A stretch of 63,729 nt of DNA, filler included, from Rhabdomonas costata (lineage: Eukaryota), in assembly GCA_019059605.1 (NCBI GenBank). It is 26 parts of 26 records of this genome, joined end to end, with 100 filler letters (N's around TTAATTAATTAA, not from the genome) between each part and the next. Parts side by side here need not be neighbours in the genome. Positions count along the whole stretch, not along the records: positions 1 to 2,347 come from JAHMHO010003837.1; positions 2,448 to 4,800 come from JAHMHO010003838.1; positions 4,901 to 7,256 come from JAHMHO010003839.1; positions 7,357 to 9,714 come from JAHMHO010003840.1; positions 9,815 to 12,170 come from JAHMHO010003841.1; positions 12,271 to 14,625 come from JAHMHO010003842.1; 20 more parts are not named here. One strand, given 5' to 3'. The notes under the pieces are model-generated. The model ran no database searches, had not been told where the DNA came from, and worked only from the letters and a program-made list of their open reading frames with translations. The translations under genes and the position numbers were made by a program. Positions 1-13,161 of this stretch are shown here, in pieces. Position 1 is the first letter of the stretch. Each line of letters begins with the position of its first letter.

Positions 1-597
1 TGTTGTTGGGAGAATGCACTGATGTATTCAACGAGGAACCGATCTGGTCTCTTTTTCTCATGGGTCCTCATGGGGGGGGGGGGCGTTACCCCCCGTCCCC
101 CCCGCAAAAAAAGAGACCAGATCGGTTCCTCGTTGAATACATCAGTGCATTCTCCCATTCAGCACTATCCTCTCTCTCTGCGCCAGTCCTTCCACGGTCC
201 TATTTGCACCGCTTTATTCTGAGGTGCCGCTTTACGCATGGAGTTTTTCGGGTTTACGCCTGCCCGACATGCCTGCTCTCCAACTGTGCTATTCTCCCTT
301 ATTCCCCCGAGCTGTCCCGTACTCCTCTCCTCTGTGCAGCTGCTGTCTGCGCGGGTACTTTGATTTTGAGCATTGGCAAACAGATACGCCACGATATGCA
401 AGATGTAAGGCCGTCTTAGGAGAACAATGAGGGCTGGTTGTGCCCCCAGAATGCCCTCAGAATAACCTTTTCGGTGAGTCACAGGCCTGGGCCTGGATCC
501 TTGATTTGGTGGCCACAGCGGAAGCACTGTGGTGGCATGAACGACGTGAACCTATCCTTTGCGATGAATTCTTTGTCGCATGGGTTTCTTACTGCAG

Positions 598-765
598 GGC
601 ACCGAGACCACGCCCAGGCGACGACAGGGGGTTATACGGAGCCTCTTGCGGTCGCGGTCGTGGTCCTGGCTGCTGCTGGTCTTCCTGGGCGGTGCCGCCG
701 CTGGAGTGGCAACCATGGCAGCCGCGACGCAGCTCCGGACTGCCCGACTCACCACCCGCCCGTGA
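598..765 (+). CDS. Probable exon of an unknown protein with one hydrophobic segment
   Basis: Acceptor ctgcag at 597, then GC-rich coding-like GTETTPRRRQGVIRSLLRSRSWSWLLLVFLGGAAAGVATMAAATQLRTARLTTRP, followed by TGA or a GTGAGT donor and (GT/GCGT)n microsatellite. Confidence 0.4.
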   Translation, partial: GTETTPRRRQGVIRSLLRSRSWSWLLLVFLGGAAAGVATMAAATQLRTARLTTRP

Positions 766-1599
766 GTGTGAGTTCGTGCGTGTGAGTGAGTAAGTGTGTC
801 GTGTGTGCGTGCGTGCGTGCGTGCGTGCGGCCGAGTGCACGTGTCGTTGTCGATTTGATGTGTGTGCGTAGGGGGAGTACTTCAGCCTGCCCCCTCAGTA
901 TTGGTCGCCCTGCCTCAGTATTGAGTGAGTGATTGCCCCGAGCTCGTTCACCGCTCCTGCGGCTTTTTATTTGGGATGATTCCTTTGCTCAGAGAGTGGT
1001 GTCTTGCCCGCCGTTACTGGCGAGTGGCTTGCTTATCTATTAGGATTAGGGTCACAGCGTGATCCCCGTAGGGGGTGGGGTAGGAGGGGGGGTTGGTCCT
1101 CTTGGGAACCGCCCACCCTCCATTCGACACGTGTACAGCTGCTGGTTCTTCTTCTGCGGAGAATTGCAAAGGACTCGGGGACAGCGATTGGTCCACCCCA
1201 TGATGCATTTTACATCCCGATTTCCGCAGTTATACACGTATCGGCTCGGGTTGCTCCTACGGTTACTACGGCTCCTACGGCTACCAGGCTGTTGGTCTTA
1301 ACATCAAAGCAACCTGCCACCTGCTGCTCAAACTTCCCAGAACTCCTTTCTTGGCGGAACCATTGATGGGGAAAGGTCTTGTGGTTGGGTTTTTGATGTT
1401 TTTTTTGCCGTAGAGCCGCAACAGGCGGTATGGCGGTATGGCCACGACTATTGTGGATGCAAGAACGGCACTCCAGGGTTTCGCATGCAAGGTGGCCGAA
1501 ATGCACTCGCTTCCGTAGACGTCGCCCTGTTTCAGAAAGCTTTTTCTTTTCTGTACTCCTTGCTCCCACCTCCTCCTCCTTTGTCAATAACGTCGGGTG

Positions 1600-2300
1600 A
1601 TCCTCCGCCGGGTAAGATGCAGAGTGGCCTTCAGATGTACCTGGTGTGCGAAAGGAGAGGGGCTGAGCCATACCGTCCATTACAGTTTGCTGACTTGGTT
1701 GTGGGACTTGCGGAAAAGAGTAGGATGGGGTGGTGCCGATAGGAAACCACAAGCATCCTTTGCCCTTTTCACCACAAAGTGAATTTCTTGCATTTTTTTC
1801 TGCATACGTTTTGGGGTATTACCAAAGGCTCTGCTGGCAGGCGATGCCATTCTCCAATGATCAGGAGAGAGGGGTTGAATACGGGGGGAAACCGTGAAGA
1901 AAGTAATGGTGGAACAAGGTAACTTTTGCCTCCAAACATGATATGGATACATTGGCATGTAGAGTTGAGGGCGAAAAGAACGGGCTTGCGGAGAAAGGGG
2001 GAACGAGTCGAAAGCAGAGAAGTTCCCAGGTAGAGAGAGAGGGCGAAAAAATGAGGGCTTGCGGAGCTTCCTTTGCAACTAAACAACATGGGGATGCCGG
2101 AAAAAACGGGATGCCAGTCTTCTGAACTGGACAAACAGCAAAAAATATGTACTTGGGTTTCAAATGAATTACAGGGAAGCCGAAAGAAGCCTTTTTAAGC
2201 CTTTTCACCCCTTGCATCACCAGCGACTGCCCTAGCGTTGAGAAAGGAATGGCGGCACCAAGAAATGTCTCCACGTGAACTGTATTCGGCATCATCCTTC
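1600..2300 (-). mobile_element. Possible highly decayed tyrosine-recombinase (DIRS/Crypton-like) remnant
   Basis: Frameshifted fragments in YR-like order: VMQGVKRLK, CCLVA..LRK, KDACG..HPTLFRK, GTSEGHSASY. Weak resemblance only. Confidence 0.22.
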
Positions 2301-2347
2301 AGTGGTGGTCTGCCGTTGGTCTTTTTGCATCCGTCCCACCCCCACAC

Positions 2348-2447
2348 NNNNNNNNNNNNNNNNNNNNNNNNNNNNNNNNNNNNNNNNNNNNTTAATTAAT
2401 TAANNNNNNNNNNNNNNNNNNNNNNNNNNNNNNNNNNNNNNNNNNNN
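2348..2447. other. Artificial contig linker N44-TTAATTAATTAA-N44 (first of 25)
   Basis: Identical 100-nt spacer with stops in all six frames. Also at 4801, 7257, 9715, 12171, 14626, 17082, 19537, 21995, 24451, 26904, 29359, 31822, 34276, 36731, 39186, 41641, 44096, 46551, 49006, 51460, 53915, 56369, 58823 and 61277. Contigs between linkers are all about 2.35 kb (size-sorted assembly). Confidence 0.99.
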
Positions 2448-4349
2448 CCTACCTTCCCAAACTGGCTCGCGGTCAATAAATGCACCGTGCCTTTTCTGAA
2501 TTTTACGGCTGGATCAGCAGGGTGGTGGTTCAGATCTCAGGTGACACTGCGTAGCATAGTTGAACGATGTGCTAACATATGAGTGAAAGAAGCGAGTCTA
2601 AGGGCAAGTGCTGGGTAAACGGGTAGAACAGAGGAAAAGGAACAACCACTGCAGCGGTGAATAAAACTCATGCGGACTGTCGCAGGAATACTCCTCAAGA
2701 GCCAGCTGGTCCCCAGATGAGAGCCCTGCACAAGGGGTGAACGTACATGCAAACGCGCAAGTAATTCAGATGTACAGTTCGGGTGATCTTCACGTCAAGT
2801 GGTTACGGAGTTCAAGATAACTTTCGGAAACAATCCAGTAGAAAAGATATCAAGTCAAAATCAAACGCGAAAGTCCAGTGCTGATGATGCCCACGCTGCA
2901 CCCCCCCCCAAGAAAGACAAAATAAATGTAAGAGCATCACTTGCTTTGGAGGTTTTGCAGTTCTCACCCACATCATTATTGGGTAAGGTCACTCACATTC
3001 TGCGTGCACAGTGCACAAATTTTGGGAGGTAGTATATAAACGGGCTTTCTGGCAGCTTCCACTAGTTGTGAACATGAGTCTTCAATGAACCTGAGTGGCA
3101 CTTTCAAACGCGTTTGAGAGGTCACACAAACACACACCTTCGCCCACAGCCACCAGAGTAGTCACCTTTCCCGCGATGACAGGAGATCCTGCAAATTGTA
3201 ACCTCACACTAGCACAATATACACTGTGCGAGTGTGCAAGCATCCTCGCCACGAAGCCTTGATGTATGCGGAATAGACCTTGCGATACATGAGTGCATTT
3301 GGTACACGCGAGTTTGCAGGCAAGCTCGTCCAAAGCCAGCATGCCTGACTCAGCAGTCAGGAATGAGCGAGGGCATTTTGGCAGAGTAGCTCGAGAAATA
3401 GAGATGCGCAATTGATGCAATTAACAATGAACAAACGTGAGTACAGTCTCAAGCAGAGTACAGTCCACACATATAACATATAACACCATATAACAACATA
3501 TGACACCATATAACAATATACATGCATACAAAAAAGCATACTACTACTCCAGGGAAGGCGGAATGAGAAAAAAAACGCTCAGTGAAAGATGGGAAGATCA
3601 AGCTCACGAAGAACGCCAAACAGAGAATGCACATGCACATCCAGGAGCCACATCACCAAGACGTGGGAGAGGGGTTTTGGGACACAGGCATTGAAGCACG
3701 TGGCAGATGCTATTTGCTCCAGCGCTGTTACACGATCCGATTCCAGTGCAATCGAACTGAGGTGAAGGGACAGCTTTCCACTAAACAAGAATATCATTGC
3801 CCTGGGAGCCTCATGGCGGCAAAATGCTTTTCAAGCTTCTCTTGACCTCATCAACTGATAAAGTAAATAGCAGCATCCGATCGAAAACAGGTGAGTTGAG
3901 GGGGAGAAGGAAAGAGAGCCAGACCACTGGGAAGGCTGGTGATGTTGAACACGATGGGAGGGCTAACCACGAGGGTGTTATTCACGGTGTCCCACTGCAG
4001 GGATCCACGCCTGGCGGAGCCAACACGCCACCGAGGGCAAATGCACATTCCCTTCAAACTTCGGACTTACCTGCTCTAATGTGGGGATAGCCTTGAAACC
4101 CGTGCACCCATCCAATTGCACAAAGGAGTGGGGACAGAGATCCCTCGACGGGTTCCTTCCTCATAGGGTGCGGCTCCTTTCCAACTATTCACACAGGGCA
4201 GTGCCGACCATGAGTGCAACCTTTTCCCAACAAGTTAATTGAGTCAACGGGGAACCTCTGAAACTCCGCAACTGAACATCAGTGAATACCGAGGGGAATG
4301 AGATTGCCTCGGGGGAACCATGCAGTGGGAGCAGAGGCGTGATGATATG

Positions 4350-4800
4350 CCATGTTTCCTGCACCTCAAATAACACAGCGTGAAGTTGCCCGCGGGAAGG
4401 ACGAAGCTCGCGTAGAAAGAGCCGTTGGTCGCACCGGACTGCACCGCGACCCCATCTGCAAACACAGCAAAAGCGGGACTAGGCCAATCGCGTGCCTTTT
4501 TGCCCATTCCAAAGTCTTCTTCGGAATATTATAGCGGTGTGCATCCGTAAAATGTTCAATGCGGTAAAAACCTGCAAAACGGGCTTACACGCTGGACAGT
4601 CTCGCGGCAGTCTCAAGGGCGTTCTGGATATTCATTTGGCACATGACAACTGTTTGAAGGCCGATTTGCGCCCATGATCTCGCAAGGTGAGCTGACAGGA
4701 GTCCAGTCCAGAATTGAATGGTGAAGAGCTAGTGAAAAACCCCAGAGCGGTTCCAAGCAAACGAATTACTGCAATTATAGGCTGCTCAAGACCAACAACC
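4350..4800 (+). mobile_element. Possible decayed pogo/Tc1-type DDE transposase fragment
   Basis: ADRSPVQ (cf. N-x-DETP) followed after a frameshift by VPSKRITAIIGCS (cf. KERITVxxxxN of DDE_1). Interrupted by stops and frameshifts. Confidence 0.25.
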
Positions 4801-4900
4801 NNNNNNNNNNNNNNNNNNNNNNNNNNNNNNNNNNNNNNNNNNNNTTAATTAATTAANNNNNNNNNNNNNNNNNNNNNNNNNNNNNNNNNNNNNNNNNNNN

Positions 4901-5082
4901 GGTGGGGGGGTGTGGGTGAAGTGTCGCTGGAAGGCGCTGACGGAGGGGTTCATGTCGAGGAACTGCACGCACCCCAGGCGTCCCAGCCGCAGCACCACGT
5001 CGTGCGCCGCCTCGCGCTGGAAGTGGAGCTGCACAAGGGTCATGTCTTCGGAGCGCCATAGCCCCGAGCAGGACGAAGGCAT
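4901..5082 (-). CDS. ATP6V0A: V-type H+-ATPase V0 subunit a, N-terminus (truncated by contig end)
   Basis: MPSSCSGLWRSEDMTLVQLHFQREAAHDVVLRLGRLGCVQFLDMNPSVSAFQRHF matches the conserved subunit-a start (RSEEMxLxQL...LGxLGxVQFxDLN...FQRxF). Confidence 0.93.
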
Positions 5083-5777
5083 GTGGGAATATCTTAGTCC
5101 CGGGAGGGGTGATTTGATAAGAACGATCTAAAGCTAAACAGAAATCTATGTGAAATGGCTGCGAAGGAACACGTTCAAAGGGAGAACGGATGAAGTGGGC
5201 ATGAAGTGGGAACACCCCGAAGAGACCACAAACGCTCCTGTCCAGTGTTGTTCACCTCCTGTACCCCAAAAAATCAGATCACGAATGACGACCATGTGGT
5301 GACCCGTTACTACTCAAAGCTAGTGAACTAGTCAACCAGTCAAAGCCCTTGGGAATTCATATGCTCTAGCAATACGCTGAAGGTATTTATGGTATTCATG
5401 GCCCGCCGTTATGAACACGGGAGCAAGTCAGGTTGCGTGTCGCAACACGCCAATCTAAGCGTATAGGCAAAGGTTTCTGCATCACCCTTCCCCCTCGGAG
5501 CAGAGCACTGAGTAGTGGAAAAGACCTTAACCTCGGGTTGAATTGAGGGACGGATAAAGGCAGAATGGTTCGAGAAGTACAAGTGAGGGGTGGACATCCC
5601 CTTTCCCACCAACTTGCGCCACATGGATCCAGATAAGTGCACAATACAAACCCTAAGCAATTCATCGCGAAAGCATATCGATAACAGGCAGACAAATGGC
5701 AACACCGCTTCAGCAAACTCCGTGCGTTGCATTCGTTTCCAAGAGTCATACCAGCAGCTTTGCCATATTTCATTGCC

Positions 5778-7178
5778 CTACTCCTCATCCTCCTCTCCCT
5801 CGTCTGACTCCAAAGGGTCCTGCGGTGGGGTGCCCGTGGCAGCGCGCGCTCGCTTTCGCTGTGCAACGCTCTGTCGGAATTGAGAGTGAGCCTGCTCCCA
5901 GGCCTGTCGCCACGCCACCTGGTTCGGGCTGTCCACCGCCGCGGCGCGGTCCTGCAGAAGGGTAACATCCACCGTAGGCCCACCCAGCAGCAGGGAGTCC
6001 CACCACACGGTGACCCCACCAGGGGACTTCTTCCGCAGCTCAACCTTTTGGCATCACGATGGAGGGATTGAAGGCACAAAAATGGCATAGGCATATCCGC
6101 ACTTGCGCGACTGATTATCTGAGACAAAAATACTTGTTGGGGTTACGAAATTGACTTGCACAGAGCTGGTGAGGCGCGAGGTGAAGCAAAAGGGTAATGA
6201 AAATGAACCGAGAATGCTTAGAAGCAAAAGGGAGGAGCGGATAAGAATAGCAAAGATGTTTGGACGTGGACGAGAAAGGAAAAATAAAGTGACTGATTGG
6301 CACAGTGGAGGGGGGAAGGGTAACAGACACAAACACCGCAGAGGTGGATGGTGTTGGAAGGGAAAGCTGCTAAAACAACCTCACCACACCACTGTGTAAT
6401 TCCGAGGCCCAATGGAAAAATCCAGCACAGGAAGGCCAAGCTGGTTGGAATGGGGAAGGTGCGTGTGGAGATTGGGCTGCTGCCTCGATGAGCCTCCGTC
6501 GAGAGGGGCCAGGCGGGTCTCCAGGGTGGTCCAGGAGCTGCCACGAGGCATACTGCGGCGGGGGGCGAGGCGCCCCTCCGTCACCACTGTCGTCATGGTC
6601 GTGCTCCTCAAATGGGCTCACCGCGTACCGCAGCGCACCACACACTAGCGCAGACTGCCCTGCCAAGCCTTTGGAGGGGAAAAATGAAAATGTTCAAAAA
6701 TTGGAGAAAAAACGGCACGGAACAATCGAATGAAATGACAACAAATCACAAATATCTCATATCATCCAAATTTAATGCAATGACGTTATGATTAACAGCA
6801 GCAAAGATCGTTGCGGGAGCAAATAACTACACCAGCAAGATGCAAAAGCAGTTTCCCAAAGAGCTGCCCTCGGCAATTCTTGCAACCTGGAACTTCGAAA
6901 AACTAATGAGAAGGCAAGGTACCTTCCCGCATCCCGTCTGATACTATGATGATGTGAAGTGATTTGTTTGCAAACCAGCGCTGAAATTTGTCTCTGTGAC
7001 TTCGATGGCGACGGCCTTTGCGCGAACCCCTGCAGGCGCAATCACGTAGGCCGTGACTGTGTCCCGGGTCTGTGCCCAGAGATAGCTATCGGTAACCCCA
7101 CCATTGCGAGTGAGACGAGCCACCGCCGCCTTCTCCGCCTCACCGCCAGAAGCAGCCCCAGCCTTTAAGCCTCCGGCG
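5778..7178 (-). CDS. NudC-family CS/p23-domain protein, 3' part (exons 7178-6976, 6668-6484, 6044-5778)
   Basis: Spliced in phase: NGGVTDSYLWAQTRDTVTAYVIAPAGVRAKAVAIEV...ALVCGALRYAV...SWQL...LIE|VELRKK...WWDSLLLGGPTVDV, ending TAG. The second intron is GC-AG. Confidence 0.85.
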
Positions 7179-9814
7179 CTGCGAATACCATCCAAAAAAA
7201 CGTCAGCATACACGTGCCTCAGCACACACAGATGCACAGAGGTCAAAAAAACAACCNNNNNNNNNNNNNNNNNNNNNNNNNNNNNNNNNNNNNNNNNNNN
7301 TTAATTAATTAANNNNNNNNNNNNNNNNNNNNNNNNNNNNNNNNNNNNNNNNNNNNAGTGTTGGGTGTGCTTGGTTTTGGTGTGGGAAGGTTGATGCCCA
7401 GGACCTCCAGCTCGTCGGCTGACCCGCCTCGGACCCGCATCCTGCCTTGCCGTGCCGTGTAAGGTGGTCGCCGTCCTCAGCCACACCGCCGTGGACAGCA
7501 CACCATCCTTGTGATGGTGTGTTTTGACCAAAGGACCCGCCATGCCGCGACCAGACCGTGAAGTCCAAAGCGTGTAGGCCTTTGGGAAGCATGTACGTGA
7601 ACACCAGGTCGGCGAGTACTAGTTCAGGAAGCTGATGGAGGCGCTTTTCCGGCAGTGCCAAGATGTTTCCGTCTCGGCAGATGGCCGGCATTGTCTCTTT
7701 GAGCACACTGTGTCCGCGTGCCGAAGTTCCAGATACCGAGCATTTGGTCAGGTTCTTCCCTTCGGTGTCGCTCTAGACTAGCAGCATGTATCTTCTGCAA
7801 TGGAGGTCAAGCAGCCATGTTAGGGATGCGCTGAACTGACTGGGCGCCATAGATACCCAGGGATTATATCCCGTGAGCCAGTTGGCCGCGTGCGTGGACT
7901 GAACGAGAGCAGGCGTTCTTCCCCCAAGCATGTGAATAGTTGTGCTTTGGTTGCCGCGTGGAGCTCGAGTGTCAAGACGTGCTACACTTTCACTGGACCA
8001 GATTTATGTTAGAAGTTGATGATAACAGCTCCCTGTGATCATTGAGTGTGTGCCGTAGATTTGGAATATGTAAATGGGTCTAAATATATACCTAAAAAAT
8101 AAAAATGCAACAGTATGCTCATAAAAATACATTTATATTCAAGCACATCCAGGTCCTTTTTGTTTGACAATTTTTTAGATTATGCTAACGTCATTGAGCA
8201 AGTGACTGGTCTCAAGAGAACCTCGAAAGTGCATTTATAGCTTGCAAGAAACAATAGATGGATGGTGTGCTGTAAACTCCTCGTCCACAACGGATTATCG
8301 ATGTGGTTGGTATCCCATAGTCTGGTAAGATTTTAAAATCCGAATCCTGTTGTTTATAAATGCAATCCCATAATACCTACCTGTGGTTAATGGATAACTT
8401 GAAGTTTTTGGCTGATACTTGTGTACTTTGAATAATCGAAGTATTTATCAATTGATCTTGTTATCATTGGTGACTCTGAACCGATTTGACCACATGGTAT
8501 TGTTCACAGGTTTCCACTTGTTGTAAACATAGCAATAAATTGACCACAANGTAATTTGAATAATCGAAGTATTTATCAATTGATCTTGTTATCATTGGTG
8601 ACTCTGAACCGATTTGACCACATGGTATTGTTCACAGGTTTCCACTTGTTGTAAACTAGCAATAAATTGACCACAACATCTATCTCTCCACAAAATGTAC
8701 GGAAAGTTGGTAACAGTGTGTTAGCGAGCAATCAGTTAAAAAAAAGGGTATTCAACAACGCTCTATGCAAAAGTTTCAAATCACTAGAAGAATAAGTGGC
8801 CATGATGTTCGCTTACCAGCATTTTTATACTCCTTTGTAATTGATTGCATTAAGTTTGCTTGCAAGCACTCAGTAACAAAACGCACTGAGTGTTGCTGTT
8901 CCTCGCAAGCATATCAATTTGTTCAAAAAAACGGTAATTTTGGGTTTTGTTGAAGTAAACACCCCAGCACGACATATGTGGAAACAATTGCACTGGAATC
9001 ATTCTTTTGCAGGAAGACGTTTCAAGCGGAGACCAGCGCAACACGTAGGCCACAAATGCTCACACTTGTATTTTAAACCACATTGGCTGCTACATATTCA
9101 CAAGTTTTTAACGTTTTTGCAAGTGTCAACACAGTGTGTGCGTGGATACTTTACTGGTGACATGCCTGTTTCAAACAATGGATACACGCAGTAATCTATC
9201 GGTGAATAGAGACATGGTATGCAAATGATATGGCTCAATTAATTATAATCCTGCAGAAAAAATCCGCAGTATTGCTTCCAGTGTTTTCAGAAATGTTTCA
9301 AAAGAATCAAACATAAAAACCACCAATTCCATGAAAACGAGCCCGTGCTTCTGTGTAAGGATGTTTCATGTAATTTCCCGAGTAGTTATAGGAACAAACT
9401 CCGGTTTTAGTGGCGTTTTATGAATCTCCAACAGCATCACACCATTTAATTTAATTACAGTGATGTTTTTCCAATGATTTGCAGCTTTTTGTATCAATTT
9501 GACGTTTACATAACCCAGAAATTATCGTCTTCAGAATTTTGGAAAACAGATTTAGCAAACTTCCGGCAGCAGCCTGGGCATCTTACACCGCTTCTGAATC
9601 AACAGTAGGACCAAGAGTTACAGTGGACGCAGAGAAGGTTGTGTGAGTAATCGCGGTGGAAGTGTTGCAGGGCCAAGTGGTTCTGTGAGATTTTCACCGC
9701 GATTACCCACACAANNNNNNNNNNNNNNNNNNNNNNNNNNNNNNNNNNNNNNNNNNNNTTAATTAATTAANNNNNNNNNNNNNNNNNNNNNNNNNNNNNN
9801 NNNNNNNNNNNNNN

Positions 9815-10359
9815 GTGTGGTCGTGATAGACGTCGAGGCTGCGGTGGGTTCCTGGCTGCCTCGCTCCCCTTGTACGATGGATGGAACTCACTGCAAGCGC
9901 GAGTGCTGCGACGGGCTGGTCGACGCCGTGTACGCTGCCATCCACCACGCCTGGGCATGGCGTGCTCGCCACCTCTGCAAGCCTCCCACTGTCCACCCCT
10001 CATCCTGCGTCGCCTGCGGACTTCCCGTGGAACTCGCCCTGACCCCCGAGCCCAGCTGGCTGTACTCCTATGTCGACAAGCTCAACCGCTCCGCTTGGGA
10101 AGCGAGATATCTGAAGGGTCGCCGGCAGTCTTGGACCGATCCCCAGGAAGAGCTGGCTACCGCTGCTCGCTGCTCGGACTCCAGCGTCGCTGAGGCGGGA
10201 TCGAATCGCAGTAAAAGAACGTGGGAACTCCCACGGCGGCACTCTGCCCAGGCCGTCATTGAGTGCAGGGAGAGCACTGTTCCGCTGCTGCCCGCGCTGC
10301 TGCTGTCCTTTGTGTGCGGGGGCCTGCTGGGGCTCCACGCTGGCCGAAGGTGGCGCTGA
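9815..10359 (+). CDS. 3' end of an unknown Cys-rich protein with a C-terminal tail anchor
   Basis: 180-codon open frame with high GC3, ending LLPALLLSFVCGGLLGLHAGRRWR* (hydrophobic segment plus basic tail). Confidence 0.6.
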
Positions 10360-13161
10360 TATGGCGGCGGGGACCTGTCTTCATTCCTTGTTTTCTTTTT
10401 TGCTTTCCTCTGACTTTGGATGCAAGGCCTCTTTGATTGTGGAGTGCAGTTCGTGGTGACGAAAGTGGCGACTTGGGCCGCAGGGCCTTTTGTTATGCTA
10501 CGAGCTGATTGCCAATGTTGAAGCGCACTTGACCGATGGCGCACTGAGAGTTTACCGGCATGGAGTTCTCATCCAACAGTGAATTGACGTCCTGGGACAC
10601 GTTGGATCATATGTATTAGTTTCTGCCCCTCCACGACCATTTTAGTTTCTGAACAGTTACTCTCTAACCCCATGCTGAGCCGCGAGACCAAACCTCTCAT
10701 CTGGGACACGTGCTGCGCCCCCATCCTTCAGCGCTTAGGATCTTGGGCCCAACACATTGCCAAACATGGTTCTCACTCCACCCCCCCCCCTCTCATTTGG
10801 ACAAATGATAAATCCCTGCTCCTCCTTTCCCCTGCACGAAGTTCTGGGGGGGGGGTACTGAATATGTTAATGTCAGTATCCTACTGCATCCTTGACCCGA
10901 ACTTGACCCGAAAGCTGCACCAAGCGGGGGGTATGTCGTCTGGAATCCCAGTTGAAACTTAATTATCAACCCTGTGCTTGAAATCAACTGTCCTGCAATG
11001 TTCTCTTCACTTGATTCGCTCCAAGATAAATTGCGCGTTTTGCCTTCTCACAATTTTATGGTTTACTCACGGTGCTGTGGTTGCATTCCGCCGAAATAGC
11101 ACACCTTTGCTTGTGCAGACACATCATTACGGCTCGTGTGCTTTTGCTGTTGCACGGTGAAATGCCATCCCCGGCTGTTCGTGTATTGATGTCACATTTG
11201 ATTCCGGTCTAATATACAATACGGTCCAATGTGGTCTAGTATATATTGTGTCGGGTCGGAACGGGTCTTGAATGACCAACCGAAAATTTTTAATTTTTGA
11301 AAGAAATAGCGCGAAAGAGAGTGTGTGGGGGTGTGGACGGGTCTGATATACATTTATTTTCGATTGGCTGGGTTCTGGCACTGAAAGTTTTCTGTTTTGT
11401 CTTGCAGCTGACATCTTTCTTTGCCCTTCCCCCTGTGCCGAGATGCCCTATCGATACGAATGGCAGAAGACGCGGGACAAACCCCCCACCCTGCACTGGG
11501 ATGCCGACAATCGCTTTGAGAACAGACTGAGGGTATCTCACCCCACTCCACCCGCCGGTCTCTCCTGCTCTGCTGTCTCTTGCTCCCTGTTTCCCCTCGC
11601 CTCCTCATCACGCACGTTCATCTCAGAACCATGAACCCGATTTCACGATGAATACCCCCCCAAAAAAATGCCCAAAAGCAGGCGAAAACCGAGCCCAAAA
11701 TATCACCCAGGCGTCCTTCTTGTTTCGTGTCGAGTATTTTCAAAACTCTCCATCATAAGTGGAATATTTGAAGTGGAGTATTTTGATCGTAAATCGGGGG
11801 GAAACAGGGCCTGGTTGAGCCTTTGCTGGCGGAATGGTGATAGCCCCTGTTTAAAACGAGTTTTGGCAAACAAAATCGGTCGAAATGGCGAACAGATTAA
11901 CTTGTTCGTTTTCGAAAGGAGATTCACAACGCTGGCGACGACATGCGGGAAAGAAGAACAAGTGAAGAATTCTGAAGAGCAGAGAAGATGATGTGGTCTT
12001 GAAGTCGACGTTTTCCATAGAACATCTTTCCAGGCACAAGAGCTGAAAATGACCCAAAAACAACCTTAAAGTTGCACTACCGAGATGGTACCTCAGACCA
12101 AGACAAGCTAAATAGCGTGGAACATGGAAATTCGGACACCACGGTTACTGTACTTCGAGGATGACCCACCNNNNNNNNNNNNNNNNNNNNNNNNNNNNNN
12201 NNNNNNNNNNNNNNTTAATTAATTAANNNNNNNNNNNNNNNNNNNNNNNNNNNNNNNNNNNNNNNNNNNNGGTGTTTGTGGACCGCGAGCCATACTCCCA
12301 CGCAGGCGAGGCCGGCCAGCTCCAGCCGGTCCAAGTTCCCAAAGACCCAGCACAGATCATGAAGAAATGGACCATTTCTCCGGGGAACAAGTCGTTCCAT
12401 TGCGAACACCTTGTACACAATGCTTCAACAAGAGTTGCAAGAGAGTTGCGACTCGGAAAGCGAACGTCTTTAAAGAGGGGAGAATATTTTACAGGGGCTG
12501 GGCGTCCCGCAGTCCACTAACATGGTCCTACACACGGCTAGAGGACTGTCCCAGCTCCACTTCTCATGGAACTACAAGTGAATATCACAACAGAAGAACA
12601 TACAGGAGCAAGCCTCGGAAAAAGCATATACACAGGCATAAAGAGATCCCTGCAGCCCCAAGCTATTGTGCAGTCCTCCGGGGCTTATATTTCAAAGCCA
12701 GCTTGGGAAGCACGACACCATCCAGCATCATGTCCAGTCGCTGGTGCAGCGGGAGATACAGCCGCGGGTTGTAGAAGTTCGCCACCACAGTTAACGCCGC
12801 CACAAACTGACAGAAAGGGGGGCAAGGGCAGGTGAGAGAGTGGTCCGTCTCCGGAGCGCTTGAGATCCCAAGCGCCAGGCATTGACGCGAAGCAACACTT
12901 GAAAGAAGAAAGCCGGGGCTGAGCTCTCAAATGATGGTCTTGCCCCATCCCGGATGCAGGATAAAAAAAACGCTACTCTGACCGCACAGGATGGAGTCGC
13001 GGAAGGTCCCAATTTGTGATGACAAGGCATGCACTTCTCCTCTGCCAAATTCTGTGGCAGTGGGGGAACGACAGCACGAGGAATGCTCCAAAACATGTAC
13101 CCGCGCATTTTAAAAAACAGCACAACTGCGTGTGGTGCATGGAGGTGCGCGGGATGACAAC

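Noticed and set aside
8427-8680. Tandem duplication of about 125 bp
   Set aside because: The near-identical copies flank a single N at 8550, which is typical of an unmerged scaffold overlap.
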